Assembly (NCBI GenBank): GCA_041694815.1
Contig: JBGFSC010000007.1
Location: 1-64,000, forward strand
Direction: 5' to 3'
DNA: 64,000 nt
Source: Elusimicrobiota bacterium
GTDB lineage: Bacteria; Elusimicrobiota; Elusimicrobia; UBA1565; JACRDR01
Shown in pieces: positions 46,301 to 53,865 of the stretch; the stretch's first letter is position 1, and the number at the start of each line of letters is the position of its first letter. A program made the translations under genes and the position numbers. Under the pieces are notes generated by a model. The model was not told where the DNA came from. It did not search any database and saw only the letters and a list, made by a program, of their open reading frames with translations.

Positions 46301-48671
46301 GAGGGATTCTCCATCGGGCTTGGAGACATATGGCGACGGCAGGCTGGAATTCGAACATTGCCGCGTTTCGCGATGCCGGCAGGGCGCGCATTTGCAGGAC
46401 CGGTCCATCCTAAGCACCCTCGAGAGCGCGATCGAAGACTGCGGCATCGGCTGCATTGCGGAAGCCAATTCCTCCATCGAGGCGAACGGCCTAGGCGTGA
46501 CGCGTTCCGCCTCCCATGGCGTTTGGCTGAAAGGATGCGCGCGCTTGGCCGGCATCCTCTCCGCCGCACGTTGCGGCGGTCCTGGCATCTACATCACCGA
46601 CGAAGCGCGCGCAGAGCTGTGCGGGGGCCGACTGCAAGAAAATCGCGCGGGACTGCTAGCAATGTCGGGGACTGCCGTATTGCGCGACGTCTCGCTGGAG
46701 GCGAACCTGGACATCGGCATCAGCCTTCAGGGCGGCCGCCATCGCTTGGAGGCCACGGTGTTGGGGGGGTCTCCGGCCGGCATCGGGATTTATGGCGAGA
46801 CCACCGCCGATCTTACCAATTGCCGCTTGGAGTTGTGCCAACAAGCCATCTCACTTTTCGACCGCGCCGTCATGACTGGACGTAAAATCGTCATCGCCGG
46901 CTGCAATATCGGCTGCGTCTTGGAAAATGAGGCTCGCTGCGAGGCAGAAAGACTGGAAATTTCCGGAGCCCGCCTGCACGGGTTTTGGCTCAAGGGGAAA
47001 TCGCTGCTAACCGGTTCCTTGATCGTCCGAGGTTGCGGCGGGCCGGGCGTTTACCTGACAGAGGAGGCGCGCGCCGAGCTCACCGGAGGCGAATTGACTG
47101 GCAACCGAGTGGGCTTACTGGCCCTCTCGGGAACCTCGCTTCTAAGGAAAGTGAACCTCATAGAAAATCGCGAGATCGCCTTTAGCGCGCAGACAGGCAC
47201 GCACCGCCTCCTAGAGAGTTTACTGAGAGACTCCCCTATCGGGGTGGGGGCGCACGGTCGGGGGCGGGTCGAGCTTGAGGGAACTTCGATCGGCGCCTGC
47301 CACCAAGGAGTGTTGTTGCAGGAGGAGGCCGCACTGAGCGCCAAGAGCGCCACTATAACGGATTGCGAGCTTACCTGCATCGCGGAAGGGAGTACCTCCA
47401 TCGACGCCGAGGGGCTGACCATTACACGCTCGGCTTCTCACGGCGTTTGGCTCAAGGAGCGGGCTTTTCTTTTAGGCCGGATCTCCGTCAGCAGCTGCGG
47501 CGGGCCGGGCGTTTACCTGACAGAGGAGGCGCGCGCCGAGCTCACCGGAGGCGAATTGACTGGCAACCGAGTGGGGCTGGCGGCGCTCTCCTCCGAGTCG
47601 GAGATCCAAGGCGTTGCGATCGTAGGAAACAGAGAGACTGGATGCGGAATAGAAGGCGGCAGCCATCGCCTAACTGGAGTCCGCATTGAAGGCTCGCCCA
47701 CGGCTCTGTCGGTCCATAACCAGGCGCGCGTCGAGCTCGTCGACTGTCGGTTTTCGTCAAGCCGCTACGGCGTGCTCGCGCGGGACAGGGCGTTTTTGAC
47801 GGCTCGCGGCGTCGAGAGCAACGCCTGCGAAGTCGGCTGGTTCCTCGAGGGCGCATCCTCGGTCGCCGCAAGAAGCGCGAAAGCTAGCGACTGTTCGCTC
47901 CACGGCATCTGGCTCACGGATTTCTCCTACTTAAGCGGGACGGCCGAGGTCTCATCCTGCGCAGGAACCGGAATTTATCTTGACAGCGATGCCGTACTGG
48001 AATTGACCGCCGGCCGCGTCCACGGCAATCGCGCGGGAATCGTGGCATTATCGGGAACATCCAAATTAGAGAATCTGGAAGTCTTTAACAACCGAAAGAT
48101 CGGCCTAAGCCTCCAAAACGGCTTCCACCGGCTAGTCTCGGTCTCCGTCCTAGGATCGTCGCTTGGCGTCGGCGTTTATGCGACAACGGAGGCGGAACTG
48201 CTCGATTGCCGCATCGCCGCTGCGGAGGTTGGCATCGCATGCATGGGACGCTCCCATACGCTCTTGGCGCGATGCGCCTTCACCGGGGGCCGGATCGGGC
48301 TCTGGCTGCAGGAGCACGCACACGCCAAGGCATTCCTGTGCAGATTCAGCGGACACGCACCTTACGGGGCACGGATCAGCCATCGTGCGCAGGGAATGAT
48401 CCACGCCAGTTCTTTCATCGATAACCGTGGAATCGCCTTGCTAGCGGAAGAAGGCGGCTGCGCGCGCGTGGACGCCAGCATATTCATCGGCAACCCGACC
48501 GGAATTAAGCTGGCCGACGACAGCCGCGCCTGGATCCGATCGAATCGCATCTTCGATGCGGCCGTCGATAGCGTCTGGTGTCTCCGCGGAAACGCGCGAA
48601 CCTTCACCGGTAACCGAGTGGAAAACTCGCGCCGGATTCATGAGCCGCTATTCTCGAGCTTGCGGAAATAA
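43365..48671 (+). CDS. S24/S26-like peptidase domain fused to a very long parallel beta-helix repeat region (1768 aa)
   Basis: N-terminal VEGTSM...GDLI...GDLVV...IVHR...TRGD...LGKV; hydrophobic linker; more than 1400 aa of 22-aa coils. Confidence 0.8.
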   Translation: MADGHKLDFFAKVLLHRVEGTSMSFLLEGGDLILAKPVSAKSLRFGDLVVVKGRQGREFPRKIVHRYLGKFRKNGRLFLITRGDAQVFFDEPVPQERLLGKVFMVRRSHGWISLEAWWSRAIHVPIGAYSSLIHAAAAVAAAVFRAAALFAYPRASAAGSGPLSLLFSTIDAWFRGAELILRGILSIPAGLPLRLLGAAALPRLAPPAGLSGRLENVTLRGTVKISGDIVIPAGSTVVVEPGTRLIHEGGLGVPEILRPTKTGWRPATHRSHRNWIVYGALDLRGDPSKPVELSGKRPAHFLFLGRSRGRLESIQSAPGASASVSCWDWSKVVVAGSELRLSAAVSAFESARLTVRDSSFSGPDTALCADDRAALLLLRTSLRGFHTPLSMSLRSRTTLTECVISGGAFGPLVSGAARIALLRCRLTAVQGAPLRLLHHSETRSRSTIFESCGAGVQLRGQAAWRSSKDRLTGFDGAAVQASDKAHYFAYQSLLEQNGVGLVADGAATIEAEGLRISRCDQGIRIAELAHATLKETRISNCGHGILQLDRSTVKVAHAACDDCGSGWSAEGSASISAKGLSISRAKGHGMSLKGNAAFRGDLTAESCGEAGLFLAGNAAAELVDGRLDGNRTGLLAISGRSILASTSAFNNHEVGCDFQNGEHVQKAVRIVGSPIGIGAYKQARVNLEGCEITGCGTGAFLQDASSLDGRALSLTGCGIGCIAEGAARFEAADLEIFGAGSHGIWLKDKSVVTGNLTIASCGGPGIYLTGEEASLFLSKGILRENRAGLMALSGHSRLCAVLLEKNREIGISLQGGRHVGKELHINDSPIGLGTYRQARTDLEGCEIANCATGFFLQDASIMSSSGLLIKNCEVGCIAEGAARFEAKQAEILCSVSHGIWLKDNSLLTGFLTVRDSGGPGLYLTGDSRAELSGGGFFNNRTGMLALAGSSRLANMDFIGNREIALSVHGGRHSLQSGSLRDSPSGLETYGDGRLEFEHCRVSRCRQGAHLQDRSILSTLESAIEDCGIGCIAEANSSIEANGLGVTRSASHGVWLKGCARLAGILSAARCGGPGIYITDEARAELCGGRLQENRAGLLAMSGTAVLRDVSLEANLDIGISLQGGRHRLEATVLGGSPAGIGIYGETTADLTNCRLELCQQAISLFDRAVMTGRKIVIAGCNIGCVLENEARCEAERLEISGARLHGFWLKGKSLLTGSLIVRGCGGPGVYLTEEARAELTGGELTGNRVGLLALSGTSLLRKVNLIENREIAFSAQTGTHRLLESLLRDSPIGVGAHGRGRVELEGTSIGACHQGVLLQEEAALSAKSATITDCELTCIAEGSTSIDAEGLTITRSASHGVWLKERAFLLGRISVSSCGGPGVYLTEEARAELTGGELTGNRVGLAALSSESEIQGVAIVGNRETGCGIEGGSHRLTGVRIEGSPTALSVHNQARVELVDCRFSSSRYGVLARDRAFLTARGVESNACEVGWFLEGASSVAARSAKASDCSLHGIWLTDFSYLSGTAEVSSCAGTGIYLDSDAVLELTAGRVHGNRAGIVALSGTSKLENLEVFNNRKIGLSLQNGFHRLVSVSVLGSSLGVGVYATTEAELLDCRIAAAEVGIACMGRSHTLLARCAFTGGRIGLWLQEHAHAKAFLCRFSGHAPYGARISHRAQGMIHASSFIDNRGIALLAEEGGCARVDASIFIGNPTGIKLADDSRAWIRSNRIFDAAVDSVWCLRGNARTFTGNRVENSRRIHEPLFSSLRK
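45126..48150 (+). repeat. About 7 tandem 462-nt (154-aa) super-repeats inside the giant ORF
   Basis: HG(M/I/V/F)(S/W)L motif codons start at 45126, 45588, 46053, 46515, 46977, 47439 and 47901; 47034-47113 is identical to 47496-47575. Confidence 0.85.
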
Positions 48672-48692
48672 TTATTGGTATCATCCACAATA

Positions 48693-49886
48693 ATGGCTAC
48701 GCCCTCAAACGCACTTCCGCTGAAGCACAATGTACGGACCATGATCCGTTTGGGCGCCGATCCCATTGGAACGCTGGAGCGCGCCTACGTCCAAGATGTA
48801 CTCGACGGCCAGCGTCTTTCTTACGGCCCCTTCGTGGGCCGCTTTGAACGGCTTTTCGCGGAGGTGCACGCCTGCCGGTTCGCCGTATTCTGCAATAGCG
48901 GAACCAGCGCGCTGGAGGCCTCGATCCAAGCGCTTCGGGAGCTACATGGATGGCGCGATGGCGACGAGGTCGTCCTTCCGGCAGTGACCTTCGCAGCGAC
49001 CTTGCATGCGGTACTTAACAATCGCCTGCAGCCCGCATTCGTGGATGTCGATCCGCAGACCTTCCACATCGACGCGGCGAGAATCGAAGCAGCGATCGGG
49101 ATGCGTACCCGCGCGATCGTCCCGGTGCATCTCGCGGGCCTACCCTGCGACATGGACCCGATCCTTGAGATCGCGCGACGCCGCGGTCTGCTCATCCTAG
49201 AGGACTCCTGCCAAACGATGTATGCCCGATACCACGACCGGCCCGTTGGCTCATTGGGAGATGTGGGCTGCTTCTCAATGAATGTCGCCCACCATATCGA
49301 TGCCGGCATCGGCGGGATCGCGACCTCCAACCGTCCGGAGCTGGCCGATCTGATCCGCAGCCTGGTCAATTACGGACGCGACTCGAGAGAACTCGCAACC
49401 AACTCGCGACGATCCCGAACGCGCGCCGCCTCCATAGCGCGGCCGGCTCATAATTTTAGGCCCTCGGAACTCGAGGCGGCGATCGCCCTTGCCCAATTAG
49501 AACGTCGGGACGATATCGTGGCCGGTCGGAGACGTTCCGCGGAAACATATGCCGTCGGCCTAGCAGACCTACAAGATCGGCTTCAATTGCCCTCGATTCC
49601 GCCTGATCGCGAACATGCCTTCATGTTCTTTCCTCTGGTACTCAAACAGGGATTGAAGCATCCTCTCTTAAGGTTTCTGCAATCCAAAGGCATCGAAACG
49701 CGTGAGCTAGTCCCTTTGTTAAATCAGCCGATCTGCAAACGCCTCTTTGGCAATCTCGCTAAAGAGTACCCAGTAGCGCGCCGGCTCAACGCCCAGGCCT
49801 TTTGCATCGGCTGCCACCAGGACCTTTTGCGGGAAGACCAGCTCTACGTAGTAGAGCAGCTTCACCTCTATTTTGCGGACCACTAA
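48693..49886 (+). CDS. DegT/DnrJ family PLP enzyme with His in place of the catalytic Lys (ColD/RfbH-like dehydratase)
   Basis: NSGTSAL, GDEV, VPVHLAG, EDSCQ, GCFSMNVAHH..GIGG. Start placed at ATG 48693, downstream of TGgTATCAT. Confidence 0.85.
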   Translation: MATPSNALPLKHNVRTMIRLGADPIGTLERAYVQDVLDGQRLSYGPFVGRFERLFAEVHACRFAVFCNSGTSALEASIQALRELHGWRDGDEVVLPAVTFAATLHAVLNNRLQPAFVDVDPQTFHIDAARIEAAIGMRTRAIVPVHLAGLPCDMDPILEIARRRGLLILEDSCQTMYARYHDRPVGSLGDVGCFSMNVAHHIDAGIGGIATSNRPELADLIRSLVNYGRDSRELATNSRRSRTRAASIARPAHNFRPSELEAAIALAQLERRDDIVAGRRRSAETYAVGLADLQDRLQLPSIPPDREHAFMFFPLVLKQGLKHPLLRFLQSKGIETRELVPLLNQPICKRLFGNLAKEYPVARRLNAQAFCIGCHQDLLREDQLYVVEQLHLYFADH

Positions 49887-49892
49887 CGCCTT

Positions 49893-50882
49893 ATGCGGAT
49901 GTTGATCCTGGGTGGCACCGGATTCCTAGGGAGGCACCTCGTTGAGGCCGCGTCGGCACGCGGTCACCGCATCGTCCTCTTCAACCGCGGAATCACCGCT
50001 CCAAGACTCTTTCCGGAACTCGAGACCTTACGCGGGGACCGCCGGGGACCGCTTTCGCCGCTCGAGCACCGAACGTGGGACGCAGTCGTCGATACCTGCG
50101 GGTATTACCCGTGGGAAGTGGACCGTTGCGTCCGCGCCCTTGCCGCCAAGGTTGGCCACTACCTATTCGTGTCCAGCATAGCGGTCTACGCTGATTTCGG
50201 GAAACATCGAATCACCGAGAACGAACCGACGATCGAGCCGGTGTCTGGAATCGGGGGGTTCTGCGGCGAAGTGACCTTAGACAATTACGGATCCTTGAAG
50301 TCGGAATGTGAACGATCACTGTCGAGCCTACTGCCAGAACGGGCCCTCACCATCCGTCCCGGGGTCATCGTGGGTCCCTGGGATCCCCTGGACCGGCTGG
50401 GTTACTGGGTCCGCAAAGCGCGGGAACCGGAGGGAGCCGCACCGGGCAGGCCGGAACGCGCCATCCAACTCATCGATGTCCGCGATCTCGCGCTATGGAT
50501 GGTCCGGATGCTCGAAGCAGGTCAGACCGGAGTTTTCAACGCGTCGGGCCCCGGGGAACCCCTCACCATGAACCGCATCCTTGAGGCCTGCGCCCGGCGG
50601 CACGCGCAGCGCACTCGGTGGACATGGGTTGCTGATTCCATTTTGGTTGCCAACGGGATCAGACGCCTGCCGCTGTGGATGCCTGAAGACAAGAACAACG
50701 CCGGTTTTTTTAACGTAGATTCGAGCAAGGCCGTCCAAGAAGGCCTTGCCTTTCGCCCTTTCGCGGAAACCGTCGATGCCGTCGCCCGTTGGGCGGAGGG
50801 GTGCCAGGTACCGACGCCTTTCGGCTTGACGCCAGACCAAGAACGGAGCCTCATCGCGACCACGGCTCGCAATGTCGGCTAA
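49893..50882 (+). CDS. NAD-dependent epimerase/dehydratase (atypical SDR, isoflavone-reductase-like)
   Basis: LILGGTGFLG, FNRG, WDAVVDTCGY, YGSLK, RPGVIVGP. Confidence 0.88.
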   Translation: MRMLILGGTGFLGRHLVEAASARGHRIVLFNRGITAPRLFPELETLRGDRRGPLSPLEHRTWDAVVDTCGYYPWEVDRCVRALAAKVGHYLFVSSIAVYADFGKHRITENEPTIEPVSGIGGFCGEVTLDNYGSLKSECERSLSSLLPERALTIRPGVIVGPWDPLDRLGYWVRKAREPEGAAPGRPERAIQLIDVRDLALWMVRMLEAGQTGVFNASGPGEPLTMNRILEACARRHAQRTRWTWVADSILVANGIRRLPLWMPEDKNNAGFFNVDSSKAVQEGLAFRPFAETVDAVARWAEGCQVPTPFGLTPDQERSLIATTARNVG

Positions 50883-50908
50883 CTACTAGTGGGGCGGCAA
50901 AAAAACTA

Positions 50909-50937
50909 TTGACAGGATAAATTCAGTCTATTAGCAT
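50909..50937 (+). promoter_or_regulatory. Sigma70-type promoter TTGACA-17-TAGCAT with an upstream A-tract, driving the precursor peptide
   Basis: -35 at 50909-50914, -10 at 50932-50937, A-run at 50899-50905. Confidence 0.72.
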
Positions 50938-50947
50938 ATGGTGTCCC

Positions 50948-51058
50948 ATGAAAAAGCCGCGTAATAAGGGCAAGAACAAGAAGAGGAAGTGGACCCCGCC
51001 GACCCTGACTCGACACGATCAAATCTACTCCTCTCCCGTCGCGGCGTATCCTAGCTAA
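50948..51058 (+). CDS. Putative RiPP precursor peptide, 36 aa (MKKPRNKGKNKKRKWTPPTLTRHDQIYSSPVAAYPS)
   Basis: Translated by hand (below the ORF-track cutoff). Basic N-terminus plus W-x-x-P-x-L leader motif; lies between a promoter and a PqqD/RRE gene. Confidence 0.8.
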   Translation: MKKPRNKGKNKKRKWTPPTLTRHDQIYSSPVAAYPS

Positions 51059-51072
51059 CAGCCCGACAGCTC

Positions 51073-51357
51073 ATGCCGCCGAAGGATTTCAAGAATAAAT
51101 CCATCCGTCGCAATCCACGCGTGGCATGGAGGATGGTCGGGGAAGAAGCGGTGCTCGTTCACCTGGAAAGGAATTTCTATTTTACCCTCGATGCAGTGGG
51201 CTCCCGGATTTGGCAGAATCTTGACTCCGAAACCTCCTGGGATGGTCTGGCCGCCTGGGCGAAAAAAGAATACGATGGGCCTGAAAAAGCCATCGAATCT
51301 GATTTGAGCCGTTTCATTGATCAAATGGCCAAGGAAAACATCATTCTTGTCGGCTGA
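51073..51357 (+). CDS. PqqD-family RiPP recognition element (stand-alone RRE)
   Basis: 94 aa; VAWRMVGEEAVLV...YFTLDAVGSRIW..LD...EYD...DL..FI..M....II. Confidence 0.92.
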   Translation: MPPKDFKNKSIRRNPRVAWRMVGEEAVLVHLERNFYFTLDAVGSRIWQNLDSETSWDGLAAWAKKEYDGPEKAIESDLSRFIDQMAKENIILVG

Positions 51358-52546
51358 AACGTTGGTCAATCCGCCGACCGTCAGCATCGTGATTCCCTGC
51401 TGGCGGCAATCGGCGAGCCTGTGGCCCAGCCTTAATGCCTGCCTGAAACAAGACTACCCCGCGTTGCGCGAGATCATCGTCGTTCATCGCGACTTCACAA
51501 GCGAAGAAAAGGCGCGGCTGGCCGATTGGCCGGTGGTGTCCCAAGAGGTCCGTAGGCCCGGCCCTGCGGCCGCCCGAAATCTCGGCGTCCGAGCCGCACA
51601 CGGCGAATATATCGCCTTCATCGACAGCGATTGCGTGCCGGAACGCCCTTGGTTGAAGCGGCTCATCCAATCCCTCAACCATCCCTCCATCGTCGGTGCA
51701 GGAGGCAGGGTGCGCTCGGCCGTTCCCAGAACTCCCACACAACATTATTTGAATCGAATGCAGGACGCCGGAGTCTTCTTGAATCAAGAATATTCATTCT
51801 ATGACGAGTTCCCTTTGCCGTTTCTTACCACACAGAATTGCCTCTACTTGCGCCGGGCGCTTCTTGCGGCCGGCCTGCTCGATGAAACCCTCCATTCTGG
51901 AGACGACCAAGACCTGCCGTGGCGGTTGATTTTGGAAGGCTGGCAAATCCGCTATGTGCCGGATGCCGTCGTCTATCATGAGCACCCCCGCAATCTTCGT
52001 AGTCTTCTGCGCCAGCACTTCCGGGCCGGACGAGCGGCGACGGATTTGATGGTCAAGTACGCGGACTTCCCGTTTCATCTCGCCGGAACCTGTCATCGCT
52101 TCTCCGCATACGCCTGGTATCTCCGCAAGGTGTGGTCCGGCTTTGCTCACGATTCCAGGCGCGACAAGGTCTTGACGACATTAAGAGTAACCGCAACCAT
52201 GGCGGGCCGCCTCTATCAGCGCTTGCGCCGGCTCCTGTGGGAACAGTTGCCGCGCCTGCCCCTTCCTGCGGAGGATTACGCATGGGTCCTTCATCGCGGC
52301 GGCAAGATTGTGTTGCAGGGGCTCAGGCGCTCCGAACGGATAGAGCTCAACGAATCCGCCTCCTTTATCTGGCTGGAGCACCTCAGGGGCGCTGATGACA
52401 GGACCGTCGCGCACCGCGTCGCGCAAGAGTTCGATGTCGGGACCGACGCAGCCGAGCAGGCGGTGTCGTCCTTGTTGAGTACGGTGCGCCGATTAAAAGT
52501 GAGAACACCCAAGCGGTCTGGAGAGCCGGCATGCCTCATCCAGTAA
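51317..52546 (+). CDS. GT2 glycosyltransferase with C-terminal PqqD/RRE domain
   Basis: VSIVIP, GPAAARNLG, AFIDSD, GDDQDL..R; C-terminal IELNESASFIW...VAQEFDV...AEQAVSSLL. Exact start uncertain. Confidence 0.88.
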   Translation: MIKWPRKTSFLSAETLVNPPTVSIVIPCWRQSASLWPSLNACLKQDYPALREIIVVHRDFTSEEKARLADWPVVSQEVRRPGPAAARNLGVRAAHGEYIAFIDSDCVPERPWLKRLIQSLNHPSIVGAGGRVRSAVPRTPTQHYLNRMQDAGVFLNQEYSFYDEFPLPFLTTQNCLYLRRALLAAGLLDETLHSGDDQDLPWRLILEGWQIRYVPDAVVYHEHPRNLRSLLRQHFRAGRAATDLMVKYADFPFHLAGTCHRFSAYAWYLRKVWSGFAHDSRRDKVLTTLRVTATMAGRLYQRLRRLLWEQLPRLPLPAEDYAWVLHRGGKIVLQGLRRSERIELNESASFIWLEHLRGADDRTVAHRVAQEFDVGTDAAEQAVSSLLSTVRRLKVRTPKRSGEPACLIQ

Positions 52547-53865
52547 GGCTCGAAAATTCGGCTGTGCTGCGACGCCACCTTCTGCGCCTGGGAGAAGGCG
52601 ACCCAAAAGTCGCCGCCCAAGCGCTTCGCTCCCTGAAAGCCGACCCCGCCATCGCCTGGGAACGTTTTTCCCACACGCCTTCTGAACGACGCGCCACCGA
52701 ACGAAGGCTAGGGGCAGGCTTTCCGGTGACCGTCCGTCGGCTCCTTGAGGACGCCACCCGAGGGTCCGCGGCCCTCCTTTACGACTTGGCGTCCTTGCAC
52801 GGCATACGCCCATGGATCGAACGGGGTATTGAGCGGACGCTCGGGAAGGCGGCACGCGAACGGTTCCGCGCCATCTGCTTCGCTTCCGATCACGCGGCCT
52901 ATCCGTATCAGCTGACTGTTTATCTGACGCATCAATGCAACAGCCGCTGTTCTTATTGCTTCGCGCTGGAAGACATGAAGAACGACCGCAGCTACATCTC
53001 GATGGAAAATTTCCAAAAGATTCTCGATTGGGCAAGGGGCCAGCCTATCTCCTGCCTGAACTTGCTAGGAGGCGAGCCGACCGTGCACCCTCGCTTTTCG
53101 GACTTCATGCGCATGGCCGGACGGCAAAAGCTTCTCGTATACTTCTCGACAAACAACCTATATCCGGAACGAGTGCTGCGGGCCATAGAGTCAGCGCGGG
53201 TCTTCAACATCCAGGTACACGCCATGGAACCGGAACAGTATCATCCCCAGCAGTGGAAAACCTTCCAACGCAATTTGGGGGCCATCTCGACGCGCGGCAT
53301 CCAGGTTTGGCTGCGCTACAATCTATACAGCCTTGATCAAGAGAAGAGATGGCACTTCTTGTTCGAGCTCTGCGAGCGATATCGACTACCCCGGATTAAC
53401 TTTGCCCTGACGTTTCCGGTGGGTGGAGGCGTCAACCGGCATGTCGCCCTCGCCGATTTTAGCCGTTTCGCAAAAATGACGGTGCGCTTCTTGAAGGAGT
53501 GCTCGAGTCGCGATATCGAGCCGGTGATCACAAAGTCCTTCCCTATCTGCTATTTTGAGCCGGAAGACCAAGCCTTCGTCATGGAGCGATGCCGCTTCCA
53601 GAATATCTGTACGGTCCAGCGCGCCGATTACACGTACAACATCATCGTCCGCCCCGATCTCAGCCTCGATCCATGCATAGCACTGAAATGGAAGCAAGGG
53701 AATCTGCTGGACTTTCGCGACCTGACGGCATTGGGTACGTTATTCAGGGATCGGATAGACTCCCTCCAAAAGGCGCCGTTGTTCGACGAATGCGAAACAT
53801 GCCCCATTTATCCACTCAACGTCTGCCAGGGCACGTGTCTCGCCTATAAGGACCTACCCGCCTAA
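52531..53865 (+). CDS. Radical SAM protein with full SPASM domain (candidate peptide maturase)
   Basis: CNSRCSYC, GGEP, C...PC...CETC......CQGTC; ~125-aa N-terminal extension. Confidence 0.9.
   Translation: MPHPVRLENSAVLRRHLLRLGEGDPKVAAQALRSLKADPAIAWERFSHTPSERRATERRLGAGFPVTVRRLLEDATRGSAALLYDLASLHGIRPWIERGIERTLGKAARERFRAICFASDHAAYPYQLTVYLTHQCNSRCSYCFALEDMKNDRSYISMENFQKILDWARGQPISCLNLLGGEPTVHPRFSDFMRMAGRQKLLVYFSTNNLYPERVLRAIESARVFNIQVHAMEPEQYHPQQWKTFQRNLGAISTRGIQVWLRYNLYSLDQEKRWHFLFELCERYRLPRINFALTFPVGGGVNRHVALADFSRFAKMTVRFLKECSSRDIEPVITKSFPICYFEPEDQAFVMERCRFQNICTVQRADYTYNIIVRPDLSLDPCIALKWKQGNLLDFRDLTALGTLFRDRIDSLQKAPLFDECETCPIYPLNVCQGTCLAYKDLPA

Noticed and set aside
45126..48150. Direct repeats as a CRISPR array or DGR template/variable repeat
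   Set aside because: The repeats are in-frame coding units with a 462-nt period. There are no spacers, cas genes, reverse transcriptase or adenine-specific mismatches.
50948..53865. Assignment as a lasso peptide, PQQ or mycofactocin cluster
   Set aside because: No asparagine-synthetase-like cyclase or transglutaminase-like B2 protein, no pqqB/C genes or ExxxY core, and no IDGxCGVY C-terminus. Only the leader/RRE logic is shared.
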